DNA from: a virus
DNA: 64,000 bases
Virus record (IMG/VR): IMGVR_UViG_3300030451_004287
Span: 64,001-128,000 of that record
Reading direction: 5' to 3' (one strand)
The notes beneath the pieces were generated by a model. The model was given only the letters and a program-made list of their open reading frames with translations, was not told the origin of the DNA and ran no database searches. The position numbers and the translations under genes are program-made. Shown here piece after piece: positions 9,747 through 19,184 of this stretch; position 1 is the stretch's first letter; each line of letters begins with the position of its first letter.

Positions 9747-10670
9747 ATGAAAATTCTTTACATAGATCGTGGAAGTGTCACTAATAGTAATTATACATAT
9801 CAATACTATGGTGATTTTTATAGAGAATTACAAAAGAAAGCTGATGTAACATTATACCAAAGTTATATCGAGAGTGTAAACTTACAAAATTATGATTGTG
9901 TAATTTTTGGTCTAGGATTTTTTGCCCAAACTCACAAAGACGCATATACATATTTTGAAAATATTGCTAACGCAAATATTCCTGTAGTTTGTATGATACA
10001 TAAGTTAATGACTTTAGTACCAGAAAAGCTAAATTTTTGTAAGATAAATAATATAGATTTACTATTACATCCACACATAACTTATAAAGATGATGCTAAA
10101 AGTATTGATGGTGAGACTATTAGATTTTGGTTTGGTGCTGATCCGGAAATTTATTATCCAAGAGATATTGCTAAAATATATGACATAGGTTTTAGTGGAA
10201 CTGCTCATGGTGGAGATAAGATACCGGGACCAACCAATGATCTTAGAAATAGAGTACATGGTAAGTTACTAAAAAATAATTACAGTCTATTCTGGAACAT
10301 TGAAAATAGAATACCCGTTGAAGAATACGCTACAAAAATGTGTTCATGTAAAATGTGGGTTTCTACAACAGGCCCGGTATTAGATGTAAGTCCCAGATAT
10401 TTCGAAGTTATGTTATCAAAGACGCTACTTCTGTGTAATAATATGCCATATGAATACGAAGGCGTTTTTAAAGATGGTATTAACTGTGTAACTTTTGCAA
10501 ATGATTTAAGCGATTTAGAAGAAAAGGTTGAGTATTATTTGAACAATGACGAAGAAAGAAAAAAAATTATTGATAATGCTTACGATATGGCTATAAGTAA
10601 TTACACATGGTCTGCAATTACAGATAATGTTTTAAACAAGATAAGAGAAATCAAACATGACAGAGTATAA
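9747..10670 (+). CDS. GT-B glycosyltransferase, CgeB/Glyco_trans_1_2-like
   Basis: YDIGFSG, SPRYFEVM, F.DG.NC..F, DL.EK..YYL.N.EER..I and YTW motifs. Confidence 0.8.
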   Translation: MKILYIDRGSVTNSNYTYQYYGDFYRELQKKADVTLYQSYIESVNLQNYDCVIFGLGFFAQTHKDAYTYFENIANANIPVVCMIHKLMTLVPEKLNFCKINNIDLLLHPHITYKDDAKSIDGETIRFWFGADPEIYYPRDIAKIYDIGFSGTAHGGDKIPGPTNDLRNRVHGKLLKNNYSLFWNIENRIPVEEYATKMCSCKMWVSTTGPVLDVSPRYFEVMLSKTLLLCNNMPYEYEGVFKDGINCVTFANDLSDLEEKVEYYLNNDEERKKIIDNAYDMAISNYTWSAITDNVLNKIREIKHDRV

Positions 10671-11367
10671 TCCTTGGCCTTTAGGTAGTTTACCTGAAAA
10701 TTTTAGAAGACCTGAAATAGATCAGCTAAAATCAGCTGGATATGATATTGATGATGCTAGAGATGCTGTTACTATTTTTGAAAATAAAATAGCTGAATAT
10801 GCTGGTAGTAAATATGCTGTGGCTGTTGATAGCTGTACTGATGCTTTATTTTTGTCTTTAAAATATATTAACGCAAATGACACTATTACATTCCCATCAA
10901 GAACATATGTTTCTGCACCTATGGCTGCCGTTTTAGCAGGATGCAATATTAAATTTAAAGATTACGCATGGAGTGGACTATACCGATTAGACCCATATCC
11001 TGTCGTAGATAGTGCAGTAAGATTTACAAAAGATATGTATGTTAAAGATACTTTACAGTGTTTATCTTTTCAAATCAAAAAACGACTACCAATCGGTAAG
11101 GGTGGTATGATTTTAACTGACAGTAAAGAAGCAGAGCGATGGTTGAGACTAGCTTCATTTGAGGGTAGAGATTTATCTGTTCCATATGATCAAGATGAAT
11201 TTGCTATGATAGGATGGAATATGTACATGACACCAGAAGATGCTGCTAGAGGAATACTATTATTCGATCAATTATCCACACACAATCCCGACAGTTGCAC
11301 ACATGAAGATTATCATGATTTAACTACAAAGGAAATATTTAAAGATGGCGAATATAAGATACGTTAG
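10657..11367 (+). CDS. second, short DegT-family sugar aminotransferase
   Basis: FE..IAEYAGSKYAVAVDSCTDAL, VDSA, SFQIKKRLPIGKGG and GWNMYM motifs. Confidence 0.85.
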   Translation: MTEYNPWPLGSLPENFRRPEIDQLKSAGYDIDDARDAVTIFENKIAEYAGSKYAVAVDSCTDALFLSLKYINANDTITFPSRTYVSAPMAAVLAGCNIKFKDYAWSGLYRLDPYPVVDSAVRFTKDMYVKDTLQCLSFQIKKRLPIGKGGMILTDSKEAERWLRLASFEGRDLSVPYDQDEFAMIGWNMYMTPEDAARGILLFDQLSTHNPDSCTHEDYHDLTTKEIFKDGEYKIR

Positions 11368-12679
11368 TCACGCTTCTGTATTAATTGAATCTAACAATCA
11401 AACAATTCTTACAGATCCTTGGTATGACAAACCTGCTTTTGGTAGTTGGTTACCAACACCTCCAATGAGTATACATCCCGTTTATATATTAACGTTAGCA
11501 AAAGATAATCCTAATTTTAGTTTAGCTATATCTCATGGTCATGATGATCATATTGATGATCACTTTTTATCTTTGTTTGATAAAAATACTAGAGTGCTAA
11601 TTCCAGAATATAGCTCAAAAGGTTTTTTGTTTAGAATTAAAAATAAAGGTTTTACTAACATTATAGAAGTTCCAACTTCAGGATATTCTTTTAACAATGT
11701 TACTGTCAAGTCTTATATTAATACAGAAATTTCAAGAGATGATGGTATTTTAACATTTGAATTTCCTCATCATTTCATAGTTCATGCTAACGACAACTGG
11801 CAAGAAATCACAGGGTCAAATTTTGAGCAAATGAAAGCAGATGCAGATAGGTTTGCTCCTGATAGAAAACTATTTATGTCTCAATGTAATTTAGCTGATG
11901 GATGGCCAAATATATACAGAGACTATTCAGAAGAAGAAAAGAATGACATTCATGAAAAAAGAGTTAATAATATTATTAAAAATAGCCTAGGTAATGCTAA
12001 TAGTCTTCGAATTAGAAATTTTCTGAACTATGCTGGTCATGCGTCTGCTTTTGTAAAGAATAGACCAGATCTAAAAAGTAAAGTATCGTTTAAGTCCAAC
12101 GAATACATACAAGATATAGTTAGAAAATCAAAGTTTGATGTTAATGTTTTAAATATGATTCCGGGAGATACTTTTAATTTTGAAGGAGTACGCAAATTAT
12201 TCCAGCAAAATTTAGATGAAGAAGAATTAAAACAGCAATCTTTTGCATTTTATGAAGCAACAAATAAACTTGATGAGTGTGATTCTTATAAGAATTATGA
12301 ATCTCTACCTTACGATGAAATGAAAAATCTATTAGATGAATTTGTAAAAGGTTTTGCAGAATTTGTTACTCCTAGAATAGATAGAACACAATTTAATACA
12401 GATATTTTAGGATATAAAGTAGTGTTCAGTTCTACAGGAAATGATACTATATCTAGTAGTGTTGTAGTTGGTGATGAATTTAAAGATAAAACAGTACACT
12501 TTTATGTTCTTAATAGCGTGCTGTCTGCTTTATTAAGAGGAGAAATTAATTGGGAAAATTTATATATTGGATATGGCGCTGAGATAGAAACGACCCCTAA
12601 AGATACGAATGCTCGTGCAGTTATACGATGGATGGCTATGTATGGCTATGTTTATCAAAGGAATATAAATGCAAGATAA
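11345..12679 (+). CDS. metallo-beta-lactamase-fold protein (UlaG/CMAH-hydrolase-domain-like)
   Basis: SHAS, TDPW, SHGHDDH (HxHxDH), DG.L and HAND motifs. Confidence 0.75.
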   Translation: MANIRYVSHASVLIESNNQTILTDPWYDKPAFGSWLPTPPMSIHPVYILTLAKDNPNFSLAISHGHDDHIDDHFLSLFDKNTRVLIPEYSSKGFLFRIKNKGFTNIIEVPTSGYSFNNVTVKSYINTEISRDDGILTFEFPHHFIVHANDNWQEITGSNFEQMKADADRFAPDRKLFMSQCNLADGWPNIYRDYSEEEKNDIHEKRVNNIIKNSLGNANSLRIRNFLNYAGHASAFVKNRPDLKSKVSFKSNEYIQDIVRKSKFDVNVLNMIPGDTFNFEGVRKLFQQNLDEEELKQQSFAFYEATNKLDECDSYKNYESLPYDEMKNLLDEFVKGFAEFVTPRIDRTQFNTDILGYKVVFSSTGNDTISSSVVVGDEFKDKTVHFYVLNSVLSALLRGEINWENLYIGYGAEIETTPKDTNARAVIRWMAMYGYVYQRNINAR

Positions 12680-13217
12680 TATTTTTTTCGATGTAAGTAA
12701 ATTAAAACACGTTGGCAAAAATGTGGTTATAGGTAAGACTGTTAGAATTAGACAGCCAGAAAATGTAACCATAGGTGATAATACTATTATTGATGACTTT
12801 GCTTATATTTCAGCTAAAATAGATATCGGTAAAAACTGCCATATTGCTTCACACTCATCTATTAGTGGCAGTAAAGGTAAATTCACTATGGGCGATTATT
12901 CTACTTTGGCTCATGGGTGTTCTATTCATTGTGCATCTAGTGATTACAGAGAATGCTCGCTAGACCTACCATCTGTTCCAAAAGAACAACAGTTTGGTGG
13001 ATGTGTTGAAGACATTGTTATTGGTGATTTTGTAACATTAGGCACATATTGTTGTGTGTTACCGGGATCTAATATTCCTGATGGTACAGCTTTTGGTGCA
13101 TATACGTTAATTAAAAAAGAAAGTAAACTATTACCATTTCATTTATACGCAGGACATAAATGTAAAGACCTAGGAGAAAGAACAAAACAGGAGTTATTAA
13201 AAAACATAAAACCATGA
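12669..13217 (+). CDS. hexapeptide-repeat (left-handed beta-helix) acyltransferase
   Basis: Repeated [IV]G[DK]N hexads (VGKNVVIGK, IGDNTIID, IGKNCHI, IGDFVTLG). Confidence 0.85.
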   Translation: MQDNIFFDVSKLKHVGKNVVIGKTVRIRQPENVTIGDNTIIDDFAYISAKIDIGKNCHIASHSSISGSKGKFTMGDYSTLAHGCSIHCASSDYRECSLDLPSVPKEQQFGGCVEDIVIGDFVTLGTYCCVLPGSNIPDGTAFGAYTLIKKESKLLPFHLYAGHKCKDLGERTKQELLKNIKP

Positions 13218-14149
13218 GAATATTAGTATTAGGTCATACGGGTTTTGTAGGAACAAACCTTATAAATAGATTAATTATTGATAATAAACATCATATTATG
13301 GGGGCTTCAAGATCAGATGGTATTTATAATCATCGTATTAATTTGTTAGATTATGATCATACAAAAAGCTATCTACTACGATATAAGCCAGATGTTATCT
13401 ACAACTTAGCATGTCATGGTGGCAGCATGAAGTATGTAAGAGATTTTGCTGCTGATGTGATTTTTGATAATACTCAAATGGCTTTAAATTTATACAAAGC
13501 TGTTAATAGCATAGATCCTAAAATTAAAATTATACAACCATTTTCTAATTGTTCTTATCCCGGTGATAGCAGTGTACAGCATGAGGACGAATGGTTATCT
13601 GGAGAAGTTCATCCGTCAGTATTTTCTTATGGGAATGCTAAGAGAAGTATATATTATATATCTAAATGTTATAATGATCAATATAATATTAATAGCGTTA
13701 ATTTATTGTTGCCAAATACATATGGTCCGGGAGATTCTATAGACCCAAATCATACACACGCTTTAAATGGTATGATTATTAGAATGATACAAGCAAAGCG
13801 TTCTGGACAAGAAAGGTTTGAAGTCTGGGGTACTGGCAAACCAATTCGAGAATGGGCTTATATAGATGATTTTATAGAGGCTTTAGTACGAGCTATAGAT
13901 TTAAATAACATGGTTTATCCAGTAAATGTGGGGCAAGAAAGGGGATATTCTATTGCTGAATCAGCTCAAATTATTAAAGAACAACTTGGCTATGAAGGTG
14001 AGATATTTTTTGATACTAGTCACCAAGACGGTGATCCCTGTAAAATTTTAAGTAAAGGTAATTTTAATAATCTATTTACAAATTTTAAATGGTATGATCA
14101 TACTCAAGGAATAGCAAATACTATTAGGTATTATGAAAGTAAACTATGA
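13214..14149 (+). CDS. GDP-L-fucose synthase (Fcl/WcaG)-like epimerase/reductase
   Basis: GHTGFVG, CSYP, YGNAK (YxxxK), YGPGD, HAL..MI, VWGTGKPIREW.YIDD and DG motifs. Confidence 0.75.
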   Translation: MRILVLGHTGFVGTNLINRLIIDNKHHIMGASRSDGIYNHRINLLDYDHTKSYLLRYKPDVIYNLACHGGSMKYVRDFAADVIFDNTQMALNLYKAVNSIDPKIKIIQPFSNCSYPGDSSVQHEDEWLSGEVHPSVFSYGNAKRSIYYISKCYNDQYNINSVNLLLPNTYGPGDSIDPNHTHALNGMIIRMIQAKRSGQERFEVWGTGKPIREWAYIDDFIEALVRAIDLNNMVYPVNVGQERGYSIAESAQIIKEQLGYEGEIFFDTSHQDGDPCKILSKGNFNNLFTNFKWYDHTQGIANTIRYYESKL

Positions 14150-14439
14150 CAATTAATGAATATTATAAGAATTATTTATGGTTACATAAAAATCCTAAGT
14201 GTCGTTTGTTACATTTCTTAGGACAATTAGCCACTATTATTTTTATTGCATATACAGTAATGAATTTTTACTGGTTTTTATTTCCTTTAATACCATTTAT
14301 AGTTTATCCCTTTGCATGGTCTGGTCACTATATATTTGAGCAAAATGAACCAGCAGCGTTTAAAAATCCTCTTTACGCTAAAATATCTGACATTATTATG
14401 TTTAAAGATATACTATTAGGGAGACTTTCTATATGGTAA
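14146..14439 (+). CDS. DUF962/Mpo1-like small membrane protein
   Basis: Y...H..P..R.LHF.G, AW.GH..FE.N.PA.F..P and D..M motifs. Confidence 0.8.
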   Translation: MTINEYYKNYLWLHKNPKCRLLHFLGQLATIIFIAYTVMNFYWFLFPLIPFIVYPFAWSGHYIFEQNEPAAFKNPLYAKISDIIMFKDILLGRLSIW

Positions 14440-15359
14440 AAAATATTTTTATTACTGGTGGTGCTGGATATATTGGATGTGTTCTTGTGCCTAAATTATT
14501 AGAGTCTGGATATAATGTCACTGTATACGATAACTTGATGTATGGTGGTGAAGGATTGATTACAAACTTTGCTAATCCGTCATTTACTTTTATAAAAGGT
14601 GATATTAGAGATAAAGATCTTTTAAAAGAATCTATAAAAGGTCATGACATAGTAATACATTTAGCTGCTATAGTAGGCTATACAGCATGTAGAAAAGATG
14701 AACGGCTAACTCATGAGATAAACCATCAAGGCACTAAAAATGTAATTGAATGTTTAGATGGTCAGTTTTTATTATACGGATCAACTGGATCTAACTATGG
14801 TTCAATAGAAGGTGTCTGCACAGAAGAAAGCCCTTTAAATCCTTTAAGTCTATATGGCGTGACTAAAACAGCAGGAGAACAGGAAGTAGTTAAATATCCG
14901 AATAGTACAGCATTTAGATTTGCTACTGCATTTGGATCTAGTCCAAGATTACGTTTAGATTTACTTGTTAATGATTTAGCGTACTCAGCTTTTATACAAA
15001 ACTACATAGCTGTATATGAATCGCATTTTATGAGAACTTTTATTCATGTAACAGATATTGCTGAAGTATTTAAATTTGCTATTGAAAATCAAGATAAGAT
15101 GAAAGGTCAAGTATATAATGTTGGATCTAATAGTATGAATTATTCTAAAAAAGATATTTGCGAAAAAATAAAAGACAAGTCTGGTTGTTATGTTCACTAT
15201 GCTGATTTTGATAATGATGCAGATAAAAGGGATTATGTCGTTTCGTATGATAAAATAAATAGTCTAGGTTACGATACTAAAATAGGAATTGATAAGGGTA
15301 TAGATGAACTTTTTAAGGTATTTAAAATAATATCGACACAGAACAAGTATAGAAATTAA
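14433..15359 (+). CDS. NAD-dependent nucleotide-sugar epimerase/dehydratase
   Basis: TGGAGYIG, HLAAIVG, YGVTK and RFATAFG.SPR.R.DL motifs. Confidence 0.9.
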   Translation: MVKNIFITGGAGYIGCVLVPKLLESGYNVTVYDNLMYGGEGLITNFANPSFTFIKGDIRDKDLLKESIKGHDIVIHLAAIVGYTACRKDERLTHEINHQGTKNVIECLDGQFLLYGSTGSNYGSIEGVCTEESPLNPLSLYGVTKTAGEQEVVKYPNSTAFRFATAFGSSPRLRLDLLVNDLAYSAFIQNYIAVYESHFMRTFIHVTDIAEVFKFAIENQDKMKGQVYNVGSNSMNYSKKDICEKIKDKSGCYVHYADFDNDADKRDYVVSYDKINSLGYDTKIGIDKGIDELFKVFKIISTQNKYRN

Positions 15360-16220
15360 ATGAATAATAAAGACTATTTTCGTGAGAATCTTAAACTAAT
15401 AGAAATAGAGACCTTCTCTTACTGCAACAGGAAGTGTTGGTTTTGTCCTAATTCTGTAGTAGATAGGTTGTCAGAAAATCATATAATGCCTGAAGAAGTA
15501 TATTTAGATTTAATACAACAATTACAAGAGATAGATTTTGCTGGAGAGTTAACATATAGTCGTTATAATGAACCTTTATCTCAACGAGAACTAATAGTAA
15601 AAAGAATTAAACAGGCTAGAACTTTATTACCAAATGCTATTTTAAGAACAAACACAAATGGAGATTATATTACTAGAGATTATATTGAAGAGTTATGTGA
15701 CGCAGGCTTAAACCAATTATGGATACAGCAATACTTAGGTAATAATGAACAGTATGATCATGAAAAAATGCGTGAAAGAGCAGAGCGTAAAATTGATAAG
15801 TTAGGATTACCTGCTAAAATTATTACAGATATTACAGACTGTAAATTAGAATATGACTTGTCATGGAATAATATGACAATTCACATTCGATCAAGAAATT
15901 TTGCAAAAGATGGTTCTAGTAGAGGAGAGGTAGTAGAGATAGCTTCAGACTATACTAGAACACAAAGATGTTTACAAGTCTCTAATAATATGTATATAGA
16001 TTATAACGGCAGTGTTATGGTTTGCTGTGCTTTAAGATCAGATGTTGTTGGACAAGAAGACGGAATAATGGGACATATAAAAGATGGTAAGCTATGGGAT
16101 ATTTGGATGAACGATAAATATAAACCTTGGAGAGATCACCATAAAACTGATGGACCCAAAAAAGGTTTTTGTAAATCGTGCCGTGACAGCATAGAACCAG
16201 AATACATGAAAGAGAATTGA
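15360..16220 (+). CDS. radical SAM protein with SPASM/twitch domain
   Basis: CNRKCWFC (CxxxCxxC), YNEP, TNG; C-terminal C...VCC...CKSC. Confidence 0.9.
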   Translation: MNNKDYFRENLKLIEIETFSYCNRKCWFCPNSVVDRLSENHIMPEEVYLDLIQQLQEIDFAGELTYSRYNEPLSQRELIVKRIKQARTLLPNAILRTNTNGDYITRDYIEELCDAGLNQLWIQQYLGNNEQYDHEKMRERAERKIDKLGLPAKIITDITDCKLEYDLSWNNMTIHIRSRNFAKDGSSRGEVVEIASDYTRTQRCLQVSNNMYIDYNGSVMVCCALRSDVVGQEDGIMGHIKDGKLWDIWMNDKYKPWRDHHKTDGPKKGFCKSCRDSIEPEYMKEN

Positions 16221-17023
16221 TGAAAGTAGCAGTAGTAATAACAGGGCAACTAAGAGACTATAAAATTAATTGCCAAAATCATATTGAGCATCTTATAAAA
16301 CCAAACAACGCAGATGTTTTTGTGTATGCTTCTACAAAAAATACTATCCATACCACTAGCTCTGGTAATCAATTAACTCAAAAATATATATTAACTAATG
16401 AGTATTCTAGTGAAGAAATAGTAGATGGCATTAACCAAACTTACGGTTCATATGTAAAAAATATAGTTATAGATACTGAAGAAAAATTACCTGATAATAA
16501 CTTTGGAACTATTGCATATTTTAGACAAAGAATGCAAAATCAAATAGATAATGTAGGCAAGGGTTTCAATATAGCTAAAAAATATTCACTAGACAATAAT
16601 TTTAAATACGATGTTATTGTTAGGTGTCGTCCAGATAATTCTATGTTTCCAAAAGCAGTATCCTTAGATAAGTTTGATTTTCCAGATAATAGGATATATA
16701 GTACTGTATTTATGCCATCTGGACATAGAGATTTATGTTTTTTCGCTGCGGGTAATCCTGTAGCATTTGAAAAATATTGTTCTTTTAAGTATTTGGAAAA
16801 TGTGGATGGTAATAGCACAGATGGTAGTTTAGCTGGTAGCACTGAATATATGTGGGCAGACTATTTACATAGTATAGGTGTTGATACCTTTTTCATAGAA
16901 AACGTATGTAGACCATTTACTGGGTTTGATAAAACTTTACCCGTTACAGATTTCCCTTTTAGAAATAAAAATGAATTATTAATAGATTCAAATGGTAATT
17001 TTGTAAAGCAGGTTGAACCGTGA
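16220..17023 (+). CDS. putative glycosyltransferase-like protein
   Basis: KVAVVITGQLR N-terminus and YD..VR.RPD motif, typical of GT-like proteins in phage glycan islands. Confidence 0.55.
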   Translation: MKVAVVITGQLRDYKINCQNHIEHLIKPNNADVFVYASTKNTIHTTSSGNQLTQKYILTNEYSSEEIVDGINQTYGSYVKNIVIDTEEKLPDNNFGTIAYFRQRMQNQIDNVGKGFNIAKKYSLDNNFKYDVIVRCRPDNSMFPKAVSLDKFDFPDNRIYSTVFMPSGHRDLCFFAAGNPVAFEKYCSFKYLENVDGNSTDGSLAGSTEYMWADYLHSIGVDTFFIENVCRPFTGFDKTLPVTDFPFRNKNELLIDSNGNFVKQVEP

Positions 17024-17751
17024 ATGTTAAGGCAGTTTATATACACATTCCCAAAACTGGGGGTACAAGTTTTAAAAAAGTTTTTGAACCTTTTATAAAC
17101 GATCATATTGTAACTGAACAAAGCAAGATTATAAAATATCAAAAAAATTACTATAGAAATGAGTTGTCAGTTATAAATTTTGAGATATCTAATGCTTTAA
17201 GAAATAAAGAAGCATTAGGAGATGAAGTTTGGAAAAATGCTTTTAAGTTTACTCTTGTTAGAAATCCATGGGATAGATATGTGTCAAATTGGAAATGGTT
17301 AACCAGAAAAGAGCGTTTATTTCCCAAGAAAGGATGGCACGCAAGAGGATGGCAAGGCATGGACGGACAAATAACATTTGAAAATTTTGTTAAACAAATA
17401 CAAGCTTGTTATTATGAGTTAACACCTTGGCACTTGTATTGGCATGATAAGTGGCACATAAGAAATCAAATCGAACATATTGTAGATAATAACGACAATA
17501 TTATCGTTGATTATATAGGAAGATTTGAAAATATAGAAAATGAATACAGTTTTATTCGTAAAAAAATTGGATTAGATAATTTAGAACTGCCGCACTTAAA
17601 TCATGATGGTCATTATTCTGGTGAGGAAAAAACACACGATGTTAAGAAAATACATTACTCAAATTATTACAACGATGAATTAATAGATATTGTTTACGAA
17701 AGATGCAAACAAGACATATTAACATTTAACTATGATTTTGAAAGGCAATAG
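17020..17751 (+). CDS. sulfotransferase family 2 protein
   Basis: HIPKTGGTS (5'-PSB), VRNPWDRYVS (3'-PB), GRFE, Y..D...FNY. Confidence 0.85.
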   Translation: MNVKAVYIHIPKTGGTSFKKVFEPFINDHIVTEQSKIIKYQKNYYRNELSVINFEISNALRNKEALGDEVWKNAFKFTLVRNPWDRYVSNWKWLTRKERLFPKKGWHARGWQGMDGQITFENFVKQIQACYYELTPWHLYWHDKWHIRNQIEHIVDNNDNIIVDYIGRFENIENEYSFIRKKIGLDNLELPHLNHDGHYSGEEKTHDVKKIHYSNYYNDELIDIVYERCKQDILTFNYDFERQ

Positions 17752-17754
17752 AAT

Positions 17755-18351
17755 ATGCACGTTACAGAAAAGAAAGTTGCTATACTAAAGAGTTTTTTAG
17801 ATAGTAATGTTACGCTAATAGAAACAGGCACGCATTTAGGTTACACAAGCTCTAATTGTAGTCCATTTTGTAAAGCAGTCCACACTTGCGAAATTAATAT
17901 GGGGTTCGCTAGGCAAGCCGAAAATACTTTCAAGAATTGCCCAAATGTTACTCTACACAAAGAATCGTCGTATGATACTTTACAAAAGATAGCCTCTGGT
18001 GAAATAGCAACGTCTGCTCCATATGTTTTTTGGTTAGATGCGCACATGGGTAATAATGCTGAAGAAGAAAAACAAAAAATACTAGTTAAAGAATTAAATA
18101 TCATAAAAGATCAATTTAAAAAAGAAAATATTAGAGCCTTACTAATTGATGATTCCTGTGGACTTAAACTAGCATCAGAACTTTTGACAGTTCAAGAGTG
18201 CTATGATTTATTATTAGAAATTAATCCAAACTTTAGAATTAGCTCTATATTAAGAGGCGGTCACTATAACGGTCCTACAATCTACGATGCTGATGTTCTT
18301 ATGGCTTATGATGCTGATTTATTTGATATGACTATTAAATTTAGAGAATAA
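17755..18351 (+). CDS. class I SAM methyltransferase-like protein
   Basis: IETGTHLG, CE, FWLDAH and IDD motifs. Confidence 0.65.
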   Translation: MHVTEKKVAILKSFLDSNVTLIETGTHLGYTSSNCSPFCKAVHTCEINMGFARQAENTFKNCPNVTLHKESSYDTLQKIASGEIATSAPYVFWLDAHMGNNAEEEKQKILVKELNIIKDQFKKENIRALLIDDSCGLKLASELLTVQECYDLLLEINPNFRISSILRGGHYNGPTIYDADVLMAYDADLFDMTIKFRE

Positions 18352-18352
18352 T

Positions 18353-19180
18353 ATGATATACGTTAAATTTACAAATGGTTTTGGAAATAATCTTTTCCAA
18401 TATAATGCAGCTAAAGTTCTAGCTGAAAAGAAAAATACTGAAGTATTAGCGATAGCTCCTACACCAGATTACTATGCTAAAAATTGTTTAGAAAATATAG
18501 GCGTTAAATTTACAGAAAATTTTAACCCAAATAATGCTAGGCAAGTAAATGATGATAATTATTTACAAACATTAAACGGATTATCTTTTGGTGATGATTT
18601 TGTATTAAACGGATATTTCGAAGATTATAACTTTTATTATGATAAAATAGACTATCTTAAAAGTATTTATCCTAAAGTAAAAAATACTAATCATAATGAT
18701 TTAGTATTACATTTTCGAACTGGCGATAGATTATTTATGAAAAATGAATTTTACACTAAACCCAAAGTGCAAAATTATCTTAATGCTATGAGTCAATTTA
18801 ATTTCAATCGTTTATATATAGTCACAGATATGCCTAAATGGGGTCATGTCACTGCTGAAGAACTATCTAACATGAAATTCCATTTACATGTACCTGAAAA
18901 CGATAGGGTTGATATTAATGAATCTGTTGACTACTTTAATAGTTTTATAGATGGTTTTTCTCAATTCGAGCCTATAATAGAGAATAGGTCTATCTATGAA
19001 GATTTCAACTTTATACGATCTTTCAAAAATATACTATTTGAACATGGCACATTAGGTTGGTGGGCATCAGTATTAAGTGAAGCCACAAGAGTTGGTGTGT
19101 ATGGTCCGTGGAGATCATGGAAAAAGAATAACAAAAATTTATCTAGTATACCATTAAAAGGATGGTTTAAGTGGGGTTAA
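18353..19180 (+). CDS. GT11 (alpha-1,2-fucosyltransferase)-like glycosyltransferase
   Basis: GFGNNLFQY, GYFED, HFRTGD and TLGWWAS.L motifs. Confidence 0.8.
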   Translation: MIYVKFTNGFGNNLFQYNAAKVLAEKKNTEVLAIAPTPDYYAKNCLENIGVKFTENFNPNNARQVNDDNYLQTLNGLSFGDDFVLNGYFEDYNFYYDKIDYLKSIYPKVKNTNHNDLVLHFRTGDRLFMKNEFYTKPKVQNYLNAMSQFNFNRLYIVTDMPKWGHVTAEELSNMKFHLHVPENDRVDINESVDYFNSFIDGFSQFEPIIENRSIYEDFNFIRSFKNILFEHGTLGWWASVLSEATRVGVYGPWRSWKKNNKNLSSIPLKGWFKWG

Positions 19181-19184
19181 TTAT

